Of a DNA stretch of 64,000 bases, positions 24,961-38,700 are shown one piece after another. The DNA lies in the NCBI GenBank assembly GCA_002633005.1, contig NMRA01000817.1, positions 1-64,000 on the forward strand. Reading direction: 5' to 3'. Position 1 is the first letter of the stretch, and every line of letters begins with the position of its first letter. This DNA is from Phoronis australis (lineage: Eukaryota; Animalia; Phoronida). The notes below the pieces were generated by a model. The model had not been told where the DNA came from. It did no database searches and saw only the letters and a program-made list of their open reading frames with translations. The position numbers were made by a program, and so were the translations under genes.

Positions 24961-25067
24961 ATCGACGAGGATTATGAGGGGTATAGCTTAGGTGTATTGA
25001 GTGTACCAAAGCATTACGAAGATGATCTTGAGTGCATCCTCATTCCAAAGGGCCTTATATTAGACAG
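24961..25067 (+). CDS. HPRT1: HPRT exon ([36 protein letters not shown])
   Basis: ttttccttgcAG acceptor; GTGAGT donor; 107 nt. Confidence 0.95.
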
Positions 25068-26691
25068 GTGAGTGAAAGGTGAAAGCACTAGAATTGGGGT
25101 TACTACATTCTTGTAGTTTGGCCTCATAGCAAACACTAGAGTCGGTGCATCTACATGCCTCAAGTTGTATCAGTCTGTTTCTTTATTGCCACCACAAGAG
25201 AGATCCAAGTTGTGTCACTGTTTACCAGATGCAATATGGTATATGTGAACTCTGCTTTTCAATTTCAAAATGGGATATTTTGGGATTGCTGAGATGATGT
25301 AAGTAATTCAGAGATTCTTTGGTTGTAATCTGTCCAGTGTTCTTGTCATGTTGTATTCTTTATGAACAAAATATTTCAAGTACTGTGAAGGCTTCCTGAA
25401 ACTGCTTTGGTTTGAAGTGGTAATATGTTAACAGCATTTGTAAACGCTGTTGGTGTATTTACGTCAACCTCTATCCTACTTACATTCATGTACATCACTA
25501 CGTGATTTCGTTTTGTAGACTCATTGTAGCCGTAGGCCTTCTTCAGGTTCTGCAGCATTCTTAGCAGAAAAAGTTTGGGTATCTGTGCCCGGTTACATGA
25601 AACAGTCCCAAATAGGGTATCAACTAAGTTCCCTAAATCTACTGCATATTTGCAGGCTTGTGAAAACACTGATTCTCCTATCTTATGCTGTTTGAGTATC
25701 ATTACTATGCCAATTTTGGCTTTGATACAAATCGTGAGTGAACTCTACAATGAATGCTCAAAATTATTGAATATAAGTAGGGATCTTTTCATGCAACGCC
25801 CCTAATTTAAGGACAAAGTCCCTGATTATTTTTATTGAATTTAGCTCTCAGTTTTTAGTTAATATTATTAGAAAATGCTATTAGTCAAAGAAGAGCTCAT
25901 AATAAAGACAAAATTATAGAAATATTACATCTGTGCCTAAAGAACGGAACAAATTTATACAAATATTTAGGGAACTCTATAGTTGAATCCGTATTTGTGA
26001 CTGTTTCATTCAACCGGCCACTAGGGCACTCAAGGTGGCAGGGTTCTGAACTTGGGGACTTTATGTTGCCAGCCTCTCACAATATCCATAATACCACCAA
26101 GTTGTTAATAATCTGAGAATGTTCTAATACCTGAAGATGGCCAGAGAAATGACCAACAGACACATTGTGCCACTATTTATGAGCTAAAAGTTGATGTAAT
26201 TAGACCATTAGATTCTAGAAATGGAGTGTTGTGAAGACGTATCATGTAGTGGGTCTTACTTTATTTATAGTGGTAGAGTTGGTCTCTAATTGACACCTCC
26301 ATAACATACAGAAATATTTCACTAATTTCAGACAAAAATGAGTGGTTAAATTGACTTTTTTCACTTTTCAAATGCTGACTAACATTTTTGTAAATGCCGA
26401 CAGTCTCTCAAAGCATTGTTTGATTGCATATATAGTGTAGAACTTAATCGAGGATTTATGCAGTGCGTCTTATTATTTTGAAGTCATGACTTTTCACTTG
26501 TGTATCATACCGTACCCTGAGTTGATAAGATTTCGCTGTACTTTGCTCAAAGTTTGTCTCTCTGTTTCAACCACTGTGTTGTCAACATGCTATTTGATAT
26601 CTAGAGTTAGTAACTCTATCTTTTTACCTGAATTATTTAAAATTTGTTCTCGTGCTCTAATCATGAAGAGCTATCTCTTGATGAAAGGTCT

Positions 26692-26742
<51 letters not shown>

Positions 26743-29700
26743 CTTTATTTAAGAGGATAAAAATACAATAAATGTAAAACATGCTTTAGCCAAAGGCTAA
26801 TATCCAGCATGGTCCTGTTTTATGGTGACAGCACTTGATATTTACCTTGAAGGCCTGGTTTACATGATAAAACTGCATCTACTGTTTATTTATCTGTGAT
26901 TGTCAAGCTAATAATTCATAACCTGATGTCATAAACGTTTAAATATTGAGATACAGTTGTGATAGCCTCTGTTGATAAAAACTGTCGACTGGCGAGGACT
27001 GTGAACGTAATCTCTCTAGAACTATTAATACTTGTGTTCGGAACTTACAATATGCTATATAAGCAAAAGGTTTTTGCTATCCTTTTCAGACCCACGCAAC
27101 ACTAAGGCTCGAATGAGTGAACGGGCAAATCACAATCAAGGTCCATATTCGGTGGCCACTTTTGGTGAAAACTTTTGGTGAAAAATTAAGGTTGTCATAT
27201 AACTGTAAAAGCTGGGTTATTTTAAAGTACCATCATTCCAGGTTTGTAATCTAAAATATTTGTGCACAAGAACCACCAAATAAAATTTTATGGCCTAATG
27301 CATCGCAGTTGCATAAAAGGGTCCGTACACTACAACCTGTGGCCACAGCCCACTTCTATCGTGCAAAAATTCATAAGGTAGCTGTTAATTTATTAAGTTC
27401 TTGATCAAACTGAAGAAGTATCACATACTAAAGTAAGAAAAGTTATTACTGTGCTGATCAAGTTGTTCTAGATGATGATATATTGCATGTCTTAACACAG
27501 TATAATGAGAACTTCTTCTCTTGCAATATGATTCTCACAAAAAGAAAATGACAGGTAACTACTTTTTTCAAAAACTTTATTGGTACTATTTGCCTAGTTT
27601 TCAACACATTCACCAGTTGGTCAAATTAGTTAAAGCAATGTTAGGCCCAGCCTTCAACTTGTAAACAGTAAAAAATGGTANCTGGGTGGGGGGTACGTAC
27701 ACTACGCACAGTCAATCAACGTCAAATTTTGACTAAGTTACAAATGTATGGGATTATCTTGAGTTTTGTGCTGTCTCTACTAGTTGTTTTGTTGCAAGTT
27801 GTCTTGAGAGATAGAGAACCTGCCTCTGCAATATCAGTTGTCACATGACATGTTTTCAAGGATGTTTCTAGCCAAGACCTGTGTGCAGTGTGTGGCATTT
27901 TATTTCCCACAAAATTAATAATGTCCATCGTTTTTTTGTTTTGGATGCATTTTGGAAATATCAGTATTGTTCATGAGAACAGCAGTATGTAAAAATTCTT
28001 GTGGGCAATACTTTATAGCACAGAGGTTGGATGTTTGTACACTACATGGGGGTACGTACACTACATTTCAATGACTTGTCAGGTTTATAAAAAATCTACT
28101 GAGAGTTCACTTACCAAATCTATTCAAAGGGATCAAACAAAAAGTACAGCATAAATTTTTTTATCTGTCTGTCATTCTTTGAAAACAGGCACATGTTATT
28201 AAAATATAGGGGCACATACACTACACTTAATGCTAATATTTCACTCAAAACAAATGCATTTGTACTTAACACCCTTTTAACCTAGCATTTTCAGTGGAGG
28301 AAACTGTCAATGACATGTCAGGTTTGTAACTAAATACTAAGAATCTACTGAGAGTTAGTTGATTTACAAAATCAATTCAAAGAGTAAAAATAAAAAGTAA
28401 AGCATTCATGCGCAAATTTGCCATACTTTGAAAATAGGCACAAATTAAAGTGCGGGGGTACGCACACTACACAAAAGCTAATATTTCACTCAAAACTTAT
28501 GTATTTGCAATAAACACCTTTTTAACCTAACATTTTTAAAGAAGGAAACTGTCTATGACCAGTGTTGCTCACTTTCCAAGTGATATTTTAATTTCATAGC
28601 ATTTGTAAACATGGGAGTACATACACTACAAAAGGGGGTACGTACACTACATCACTGTTTCTGCATCACATGGTAACATAATGTTGTATGGCCATTTATT
28701 TTTCTTTGGTGATAATAAGCACCATGTTGTTATTTAAAAGGCAATGATTTCATTTGCAATGACCATTTGTGTTATTGAATTCCACATGGGGGCAGGTACT
28801 GTTAGCCTTTTTGGCCCATTTTCACCGTAGCAGAACCCAGTCAATATCCAAACTTTTGGTTTGTTTAGATATTGAATAATTTGCTGTGTTTCCTAGGCTA
28901 ACATATTCTACAGTTCTTTTTATTACAGAGAGTGAACTTTAGTTTTTAACCCTCTTTACAGTAGGTAAGGGTTAGAAACGCAGAATTCACAAATTTCGTA
29001 ACGAGTGCCTGTTTTATGATGAACCCTACCATTTCTAAATGATTAGGCACAACTTCGTCTAAGTGATTCTGAAAGTGATTCAAGTTATTCCCAGTCATAT
29101 CAAAGCAATTGCTTACTTAATAAAATAAATTTCTTTTCTACTGTTGACAGTTGAAAATTGTAATTTTTAAAATGGCCACTCGTAACGCTAAAGATGCATG
29201 AAATTCATAGACAAAAACATGCATATATTTCTCAAACATTGTCCGATTTTGATGATTCTTTTTTAATTTGCACAACTAAACAACTCTTTGCATATGAGAT
29301 TCAGTTGGCATTTGGTAAGTGACCAAACAAATTTATTTTAGACTCTAACACAATCAACTCTCGAATATGGACCTTGATTGTGATTTAGCCGTGACGTTAG
29401 TGGAAGTGAGTTTCTCTGTTGAAATCGACCAACTTGATTTGATCCATGAATTTATCTTGTGCTATATTAATTAATTAATTGAGATCATTGCCAGTGACAT
29501 CACAGCTGAGTTTGCTGGCCAACCTGTTGAAGCGTTGTGTTTCATAATCCATTACAATCTTACAGGGTTGAACACGTGGCCTGTGACATCACAGTCGAAT
29601 TTGCTGGCCAACCTGTAGTAGCGTTGTGTTTCATAATCCATTACAGAGTTTCCCCTGCGTGTAAACTTCTGGGCGGCCCGCCACGCTCCTTTTTGGCCCC

Positions 29701-32700
29701 GCCCACTCGTAAATCATACTCAAATTGACCGTCACACACCTAATCATGACGGGGAAACTTCACCGCCACGCAAAAATTGGTAGTAAAAATGATCGCTGGT
29801 AAAAATTATCGCTATTAAAATGACCTAGTAAAAATGATTGCTTGCAAAATGATGGCTAGTAAAATGATGGCTAGTAAAATGAATAAGTACAAGTCACACG
29901 GCACCTTTCGCCATTTGTGGATCGAAAGGGAAAAATAATAATTTTACAATGGTATCTTGAATTGTGCCCCAGTTAAACACAATCATTCAATCCCCTATCC
30001 CCATCCGTACCTCGTTTCTGCCTGGCTATCCGACAATGCAGAAAACTTAATACAGCCGGGGACCAGACAAGGACCTCGATACGAAATTTCTAAAATGAGA
30101 AAGTTCCAGGGCTTGCTAATGAAGTTAGAAACAGTAAGATTTCTGCTTCATTCATTTTATCGTGTCCGAGACATTGTGAATTATACTGGAGGGCGTGACA
30201 TCCAACTGTTTAATCAACCATAGCCCTGCGCCAAAATGGCGTTATTGAATGTTAAGCAGTCTTAGATTCGTCTGAATGGACTATGGACTGGATTATACTT
30301 CGTCTGCTACGCCTGCCAACGCCAATCCACTATCACTGATTTATGTTTAGCAAGACGATATCAATGGAAGTTTTGTTACACGAATTAGTTTATTACGTCT
30401 ACAAAGTTCACATATTTTTGTTCTATGTTTGTCACTCCGTGGATAATTGAATTTGAACACTATTTTTTGTACTCAAGACAAGTGCGACAGAGATTACACT
30501 GTGCCGGATACTTCCTTGCCAATTTGTCTTGCGAAATGTCCTTTACCGAGATACTTCCACTACATGATGCTCGGGTTGGGGTATTGTCTATGACAAGCAA
30601 ACTGCAACCAATTACATCTAATTTTCAAATTTTGCCTGGGGAAGGTCACCCCCCTCACTTTATCCCATGCTCGCATGTGGCGCCGGGGTCCACATCCGCG
30701 TCGAGCATTCACCACCACGCTCCTTTCGAAACCCAGACGATAGGGGGATCCAACTTCTCATATTCGTGTGCAGCAACACGCTTTGCACCCCGTTTTGGCC
30801 ATTTACCACCACGCTCCTTTCAAAACCCAGGGGAAACATTGCATTACATTCTTACAGGGTTTAGCGCATGGCCTGTTACATCACAGCCAAGTTTGCAGGC
30901 CAACCTGTTGTAGTGTTGTCTTTCATAATCCATTACATTCTTACAGGGTTGAGCGCATGGCCTGTGACATCACAGCCGAGTTTGCTGGCCAACCTGTAGT
31001 TGCGTTGTGTGTGTTGAAGGGAGGTTACAAGTTCTTTGGTGATCTCCTGGACAAGATAAAGCAAGTGATCCGCTATGCTGGCAAGTCTATACCACTGTCT
31101 ATTGACTTCATTAGATTAAAGAGTTATCAGGTAAGCACTTGTTGTGATGCTGGTTTCTAAGATGGTGGTCATGTGCCGGCATAAGTCAAATTTCACGTGT
31201 AATGGTCTACTCTATCTCTCTTCATGGCCATTTTAATTTTCAATTAGATTTTGCTTGCCAAAATACTTTACAGGTGATATTTAGTAGTATTTAGCTGAGC
31301 ACTGGTAGAATTTTGCTCACATGTGTGTCATTTTCTGACAGTTTTAACATCTCAAGCACCCCCTGGTGGCCATCTAGGTGAAGTTTTTCACATTTTGTTG
31401 CCAACAGTCAGTTTCTCTATGATATCGACTAGAAAACTAATTGAATGATCTGGGTGAAACATACCAAAGATGTATTATGGTGGGAATGGCCATGAAACAA
31501 TTAATTTTCATTGAGATTCTTCTACTGTGGAAGCCCCTATTGGTCATTTTGGGTGTCTACAAGTTATTATAAAATGTCCTCCCCTGACACCTATATAGTC
31601 AGCCATGTTGAAATTTGATAATCCATTGGAGTGTAAACACATATCACTGTTGGAGTTATTTCTTCAGGGTGGAGAACAATCTACTGAAATCAAGGTGATA
31701 GGAGGAGATGATCTTTCAAATTTAACGAACAAGGTACTGTTATCTGATTGATGCAATCACAAACATTTATTATGTTTGCATTTGTACTGGACATAATGAT
31801 TACCCAGAGTCTAAGTGAAAATGTAATTTTAGTATAGTCTGGAAAATAATGAGCTGTGTTTTAAAAGGTTAAATGTAGACAGAGGGATCTAATACTGCTG
31901 ACTTGCTGAATATTTGCTCTTGAAGACGTATCTCGTTAAAAACTGGCTTTCTAACAAGCGCCACCAATTGAAACCATGGAAAAGGATGTGTCAAAATGTA
32001 ATCGAGCAATCTTTTTCGCATACAAACTGTGTTTGGCATGAAAATCCTGGAAACAAATCAACATGAAAAACTAATGTCATGCAGATTTGGCTTAGATGTC
32101 AAACAGTATGCTCACTAAGATGGCTGTCTGATGAACACAGAATTGAAATTTGGTGACATACCATTATGGTGGTGGTTGACTGAATGGGGTTTTTACGGGA
32201 AATCTCATTTTTGTCAGAAATGTGGAGTAGAAATGTAAGCAAATCCTTAGAATTTGCACTGTTAGAGCATCAAAATTATTTGCTGATGGGTTTTGTTTTC
32301 ATTCTTTGCTCTTGGCAACTGATTTGGAGTTTGAGAATCAAAAATTGAACAGCGTTTATTATTCAATACCAAGGAGTATGATATGCCTCACCCATATTGA
32401 CATAATTTGCCTAATGAATACATTGTGATGAATAGGTCTGTCCCAATTGGAGTGCTGGTCAAAAAACAAGTTTCATAACATGGTAGGGCTGACTGGTGCT
32501 TTGAAATTTAATTGGCTTCTGCCAGTGTTCATAGACAACAACTGCAAGGCCTTGGGCCATGAGTCAAACAACCTCTTTGAATAGACACAAAGGGGTCAGA
32601 TTGAACTTGTCTTACCGTATTCGCCGTAATAACCGCCCAGGGAGCTTAGAAAAGTTCGGTTCAGGGGGAGGGGCGCTTATTATAACCCAAGACGATTGAA

Positions 32701-35700
32701 ACCCGGTCTCTGAAACGAGTGAAATCGGAAGCTAAGATTCATCAAATTTACGCTCTGTGATGTATATGTAAACTATGAAAGATTTCAACAAAACTGTGGT
32801 GCATTGCTATCAAACTTTGCTGCTAAATTACGGTCATTTTACAGAAAATTGTGCTGAAATCCCAGGGCGAAAACTGGCTGACTGACTGCCTCGAAATCGC
32901 CGTCTTCGATATGGCGACTTCAATGCTTGAATAAAAATGGTTTCGACTCGAGCAAATTACCTGAAATCCTCATTAAGTTTTATAAGTAGCGTCTCTAAGA
33001 TTTTTTAAGTTCCTGTGGAGTCTGGATTAACGGCAGGTTTAAGTACAAATCTGTGCAACATCGTGCCATCTACATGTATGATCGGCAACACAGCGAGAAA
33101 AATGTCTGGACGAACACACATGTTGTTGTCACATGACGTTTGTTTTGAAGTTCGTCTGTGAGTAAGTGAGCGCGTGCGTGTCACCAGAGTTCATTTGCCA
33201 AAGCACAGGCCAGAGCCACGTAATCTAACTAGCTACATGTGTCTAAAGAAATTTGCACAACCTGTAGGCCTAAACCAGAGTGTGTTTCATCCAACACTTG
33301 CCGGTCTCGTGCTTAAAGCTTTCGACATTTTTCTCGGTAAGGCCCATATTAGTCGCCGTGTAGCTGGATGCGTACGTAACTATCTGACAGTTATTTTTCG
33401 GTGTAAGGGTGTGTAAGCATTCACTGTCAGTTGTCATTTTATCGGATATTGGGCTTAAAAACATCAATTATAATGGTTAAGCAAACAATCCATCTCAAAA
33501 ATAACGCAAACATGTTTTATAGTAGGCCTATTAGAAATTGTCGGAAATTAGTGCCAATATTCATTTCTTATTGATGCTATGCTACCCGTTTCATGAATGG
33601 ATAGTTCCCGACTAATGTCTTTGATGACAGGTTCATGTATGTAGTGCGCGCTTCCTCGCCATGCGCGTTTAACACCGAGTTATTTTTATTCATGAGACAG
33701 TCGATGTGTCTACTGAAAGGTCAGACCATAGTGGGACATGGTCGTCGCAAGAGCGTAGCAACGCTGTTGCATTCTTTTTGAAACACTGCGTTACTTTGAA
33801 GTGTAAAGTCACGACTAAATACAAACGTAGCAGTGCCGCTGGTGGTCTAGTAGATCCGTGCAAAAAATTTTTGATAAATTGAAGACGTTACTGTAGCCGT
33901 GTTTTAGGACTGTAGGTACGTCATTGTTCGCATGTACACGTTCATGGACTGGGCGCTTATTTCAGCAAAGTCTGAAAACGCGTCGGGGGGCGCTTATAGG
34001 GGCATCGGCGGTTATTAGGGCGAATACGGTATTCATAGTCAAGGGAGGGCCTTTTAGTTGTCTTTGAACATTGGCAGAGCCTGACGACATATCTGCAGGA
34101 ACCACTCAATTATCAATACCCAGAAATCAGGCAGCTCCGTTGGGAAAACTATTTTAAAGTAAATTCTAGATTTTAGGATTTGTATTTTTTTCGCATCCGC
34201 TTCAGTTATGTTATAGCAGAGACACCAAGGGACATAGTAAATGCATTTAACAACTTCATATGTTTACATTGGGTATAACACCAGTGTTATTTTAACACCA
34301 TACTGGAACTGACTTATCCTTGTCTAGTGTAATTCTGTGAACTTTAGATTTATATTATTTAACCATTAAATTGACATTCTTTGTAATCAGTGGTGGCACT
34401 GTTGTTTTCAGAATGTGTTAATTGTTGAAGACATCATCGATACTGGTAACACCATGATCAAGTTATTGAAAATAGTTGAGAGTTATAAGCCCAAGTCAGT
34501 CAAGGTAGCCAGCTTGTTGGTGAAGCGAAAGAGTGATCGGCGTAGTGACTACAGACCTGATTGTGAGTTGCATTGTTACATGGCACACACACGAGTGTGG
34601 GTGTAGGTTGTAGTCATCATCAGTAGGTGACTCACTGTCTGCACATCTCAATTCCCTGGGAGGATCTATCGCAAATTTGCCGGGTCTGTTCCTATGAATA
34701 TGGCAACAGATGAGGATGTCTTCGGCATCTTCGCAGAACTTCACATTTATGTATTATCAGGGCTTGGAATTTTCCGTGGAAACGCGGATTTCCGCTTTTT
34801 TCAAATGTGCTTTCCGCTTTTTTTATAATATTTCCGCGTAAAAAAATCGGATTTGATATGAAATTTCCGCGGCAAATTCCTTTCTTACCGCGGCGTTGCA
34901 GACGACGTTCACCTCGAAAAGCGGAAGTTGCTCTTTATGTTTCGGAGGAACGTAAATTGTCAACATTGCCGGGGCATCTGGGACAGCATGGTGGGATTTT
35001 CAATGGTGTCTCGTGTTATTGTTAAGCGCGGCGACAAATACTACCGCTCTGCAGCCAAAAATGTGTGGGTTGGGAGTGGACGGGCGAGCTAAAAGGACGC
35101 AGATGCATGCTACTGATGGTGGTAACGTTTTTTTTAGTCCTCCCGATTTTTGTCGGGGAAAGGTTCACATTGACCATTTCAAGGCTGGTTATCGGGCATG
35201 ATTTGGGCCGTAAAAGTTTCAAAGTTTCCCCGTTTTTTGTCATTGGTCATTCCAAGCCCTGTATTATGGAGGGGTAAATTTTTTGATATGGGCTGTTTAG
35301 GAGCTATATCAGTATTTTCAAGTCCCTTTTTGCATTATCCTTTTTGTCTACAAAACTGCTCTTTATGTTTTGGAGGAACGTAAATTGTCAACATTGCCGG
35401 GGCATCTAGGATAGCGTGGTGGGATTTTCAATGGCGTCACGTGTGATTGTAAACCGCAGTGACAAATACTACGGCTCTGCAGCCAAAAATGTGTGGGGGT
35501 GGGAGTGGACGGTCGAGCTAAGAAGATGCAGACGCATGCTACTGATGGTGGTAACGTTTTTTTTCTTAGTCCTCCCGATTTTTGTTGGCGAAAGGTTCAC
35601 ACCAGCTATTTCAAGGCTCGGTAGCGCGCATAGTTTGGGCTGTACGTTCCACGTCTTTTGTCATTGGTCATTCCAAGCCCTGAAGTTAGCAGTATGTACC

Positions 35701-38700
35701 GTTGTGCCTCCTAGTGGTGATTTTGTTTTATTACGCAGCTATATCTCCTAACCATTTCCAGTATCCTTGGGAAATTTGGCTAGTGCTTTCGAAAAATTGT
35801 CTCAATAGCTGGCCATGGACCTAACTACAATGTTGCCCCCTTGTGACAATTTTAGGTTTTTCCAATTGCTAGTTTTTCATGACATTTGGCTGATAGATTT
35901 CGAATAAGGGTCTTTTTATTTTGGAATTTGATTGGTGTATCTGTGTCACCTAGCAGCCATTTTTATTATTTTCCAGTATTTTGTCGTCCCCGTCTGTATG
36001 CACTAAACCGCCTGTAGTGTCACTATAAAAATTGGCTGATGTGTTCCTACTAATAGTGGTGTGACCGGTGTTGCTTTTCGGATTGGTCTGACTGATGTGG
36101 CGCCCCTTAGTGGCATTTTTACACCTGTGGCTACATCTCTTGCAAGGTGTTTGTGAAATTTGGCAAGTGGATTCCATTTCGTATAAGCTTGACAACAGAT
36201 AGACTGATCTGACTACTGCTGTGCCCTCTAGTGGTAATTTGACTTTTTTACGTTTGCTTCTGCATCTTTAGAATTCCTTGGCGTATTTTAAAGACATAGT
36301 TTCACACCAAAACAACTGCTTTTCAAAACAAATAATAGCACTGCGTGAATCTGTTGCACAGGGCAGTTCTTGTCCACACAGCTTGTGAATCTGTTGCACA
36401 GGGCAGTTCTTGTCCACACAGCTTGGTTAAAAAGAAAATCCCAGCAGTAATGACCTTTTCCAGTGGAGTCAATTCTGGGAACAGGCATATGTGGTTACAT
36501 AACCGTCTGTGATGTCAGATCAGGAAGACAGCTGTGTATTGCAATGGCTACAAGCAGTCAACCTTCCAAAATTTTGCTTGCTTAATTCGATAATTCCTTT
36601 CAACTCCATTTGTCGGCATAATTAAATTGTTTGTCGCCAAGGAGATGTAAAGATCAGAGTGTATCGCAGATAATCAAGCCTATTACAAAATATTGCAGTT
36701 TTCATTTTTTCATTTTCAGCAGTGAGTAAAAGGGGTGTCACCTTTTAATTTAACCACGTATATAATTGAAATTTGAGTGGAGGTGGCAATCTCAATGACA
36801 GAATTACAAGAACATGTGAAATGGAAGTATTCTGATTTTTAAACTCATGCGTTAATCTATTGAGATAATACTAAAACCAAGGCATCAAGAAATATTACCT
36901 GAAGATACCAGTGAACATATTATTTCAGCCATTCATTACGGCAAGTTAATTCTATCATGCTTTGGTCACTGAGTCAACGAACAAATCAGAGGACGATTAT
37001 GATTTAATCCACAGTTCAAATTAAAATCAAGTGCTTTCAGTCGGAATTATATATTTGGTTTCTACTGTGAAGGACTTTCAAGGTAGTTGAAGGTTACCGC
37101 TACTGTATATAAGTCACAACTGAAATAATCTCAGTACAGTAAAGTTTATAATTATGTGAGTCAATATGATCTAATCTTTTACAAAAATAAGTAACTTAGA
37201 ATGCACAGTATTTTAGAACATTTACGCATCACAAACGTTTATCCAACAATAAGACAAATTTACATATGAAAATGAATATGCCTAACTATTACCATGGCGA
37301 CAGGTATTTCCTAGATTTAGAATTCGACATGCATGATTTGAAAGACTAAGGAGTTGCATGGAAAAAGGATTGGAGGCTGGAAGCTTCACAATCCAACATG
37401 GCTGATTACTCTAATTAAGAGCCTTTACATTTTGGGCCTTGATGAATTAAGAACGTAAAAAGTTACAACGCATGTACTGAAAGAATGATTCATAAGTAAA
37501 ATTTAGAAAAACATGAATTATGTTGTGACACATAATCAAACCTTGAAGCGTAATTGACTTTCAAAGAAAAAACGATTTCTAAACTTTTTCAACTATTTTT
37601 AAGCCGAGTGTATGGTCAACTGAATGGAATATTCAAACTGCAATAATTAGAATATTTCTTATATTTTTTGCGCACAAACAGAAACATTGTGCAAAGTTGC
37701 TTTTTTGTAGCAGCTTTCATCAAAAATGTATCAAAGTTAAAACTTCACCAAGTATAAAATAGCCGATTGAACATGCCCTTCAATTCAGCAGAAGTCGCCA
37801 TGTTGTCGGTGCCGCCGGAAATGAGACTTAAGTCCAACGGGAATTGTGAGCATTTTTATCACTCAATAAGTAACATTTGCTTGGCTGAAATCAAGTGAAA
37901 ACTATTGAATCGCTCAGAATTGTAGGTATAGATCTTTCTCACTAAATTTCATCGTAAATTATTGGTGAAAATAAATTATGCACGGTTTTAAACTCGTAAC
38001 GAATGTCGCTGTTGTCCAAGATGGCCAACCAGATCCAAACAAATGACCCAAATTTCGCCACCCAAATTGCAATAAATGTGCACTGCTTAACACGATTTTG
38101 ATAATTTTTCAATTTTTATTGAGTAGGATGCATTATCTTTCCAATTATATTGAAGTGTTTTTGCAAATCGAAAAAAAAAATCGGTTGGACAGCCCTACTC
38201 CTACTGTCCAGCTAGCTATCAACTAGGCTCAAATTCAATGGATTGCAATGACAGGTAACAAGCATCAAGCTATTCAGCACATCCACTTACAAACACCTGT
38301 ATGTTGCAAAAACTGTAATTCAAAAGAAAAGTAATCTACTGGCTACTTCTAGCACTAATCCTGTCCGACATTGTCCGTCGATGCTATCCGCCATTTTGAA
38401 TGTTAGGTTGTTAATACTAGCTCAAGGCCCACTAGCTTCTGGAAAGCGACGGCATGTACCGTTTTGAATACTCTCTAAAAGTTCACTCATCCTAGTTTAC
38501 AACCATACTCGGATCACAGGCTGTCGTTCTAGAAGCAGTCCATAGAAATATGTTCTCTTGTACATACTACCGAATACGGCGACGCTCCACTCGTGGACAT
38601 CTCAAAGTATTCTCACCTGCGACGCAGTCTTGGATCAGTGGGAAAGTTGTGCAAAGATACTCCAACCCTTGGCGTATTGCCACAGTCTCCAACTACACAA

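Noticed and set aside
26486-26752. ORF with poly-Ile (membrane-like) tail
   Set aside because: The poly-Ile is the translated (ATA)n microsatellite.
29016-29072. C/D-box snoRNA-like pattern (ATGATGA…CTGA) in an HPRT intron
   Set aside because: It lies inside a transposon, the terminal stem is weak, and I could not identify an rRNA- or snRNA-complementary guide.
29537-29728. HPRT-like 63-aa ORF as a second HPRT gene or a mutually exclusive exon
   Set aside because: Only the first 64 nt of exon 3 are copied, there is no matching donor, and it reads into transposon sequence.
30425-30913. 162-aa ORF
   Set aside because: It runs through the non-coding end of the hAT-like element into the repeat array out of HPRT frame; no transposase motifs.
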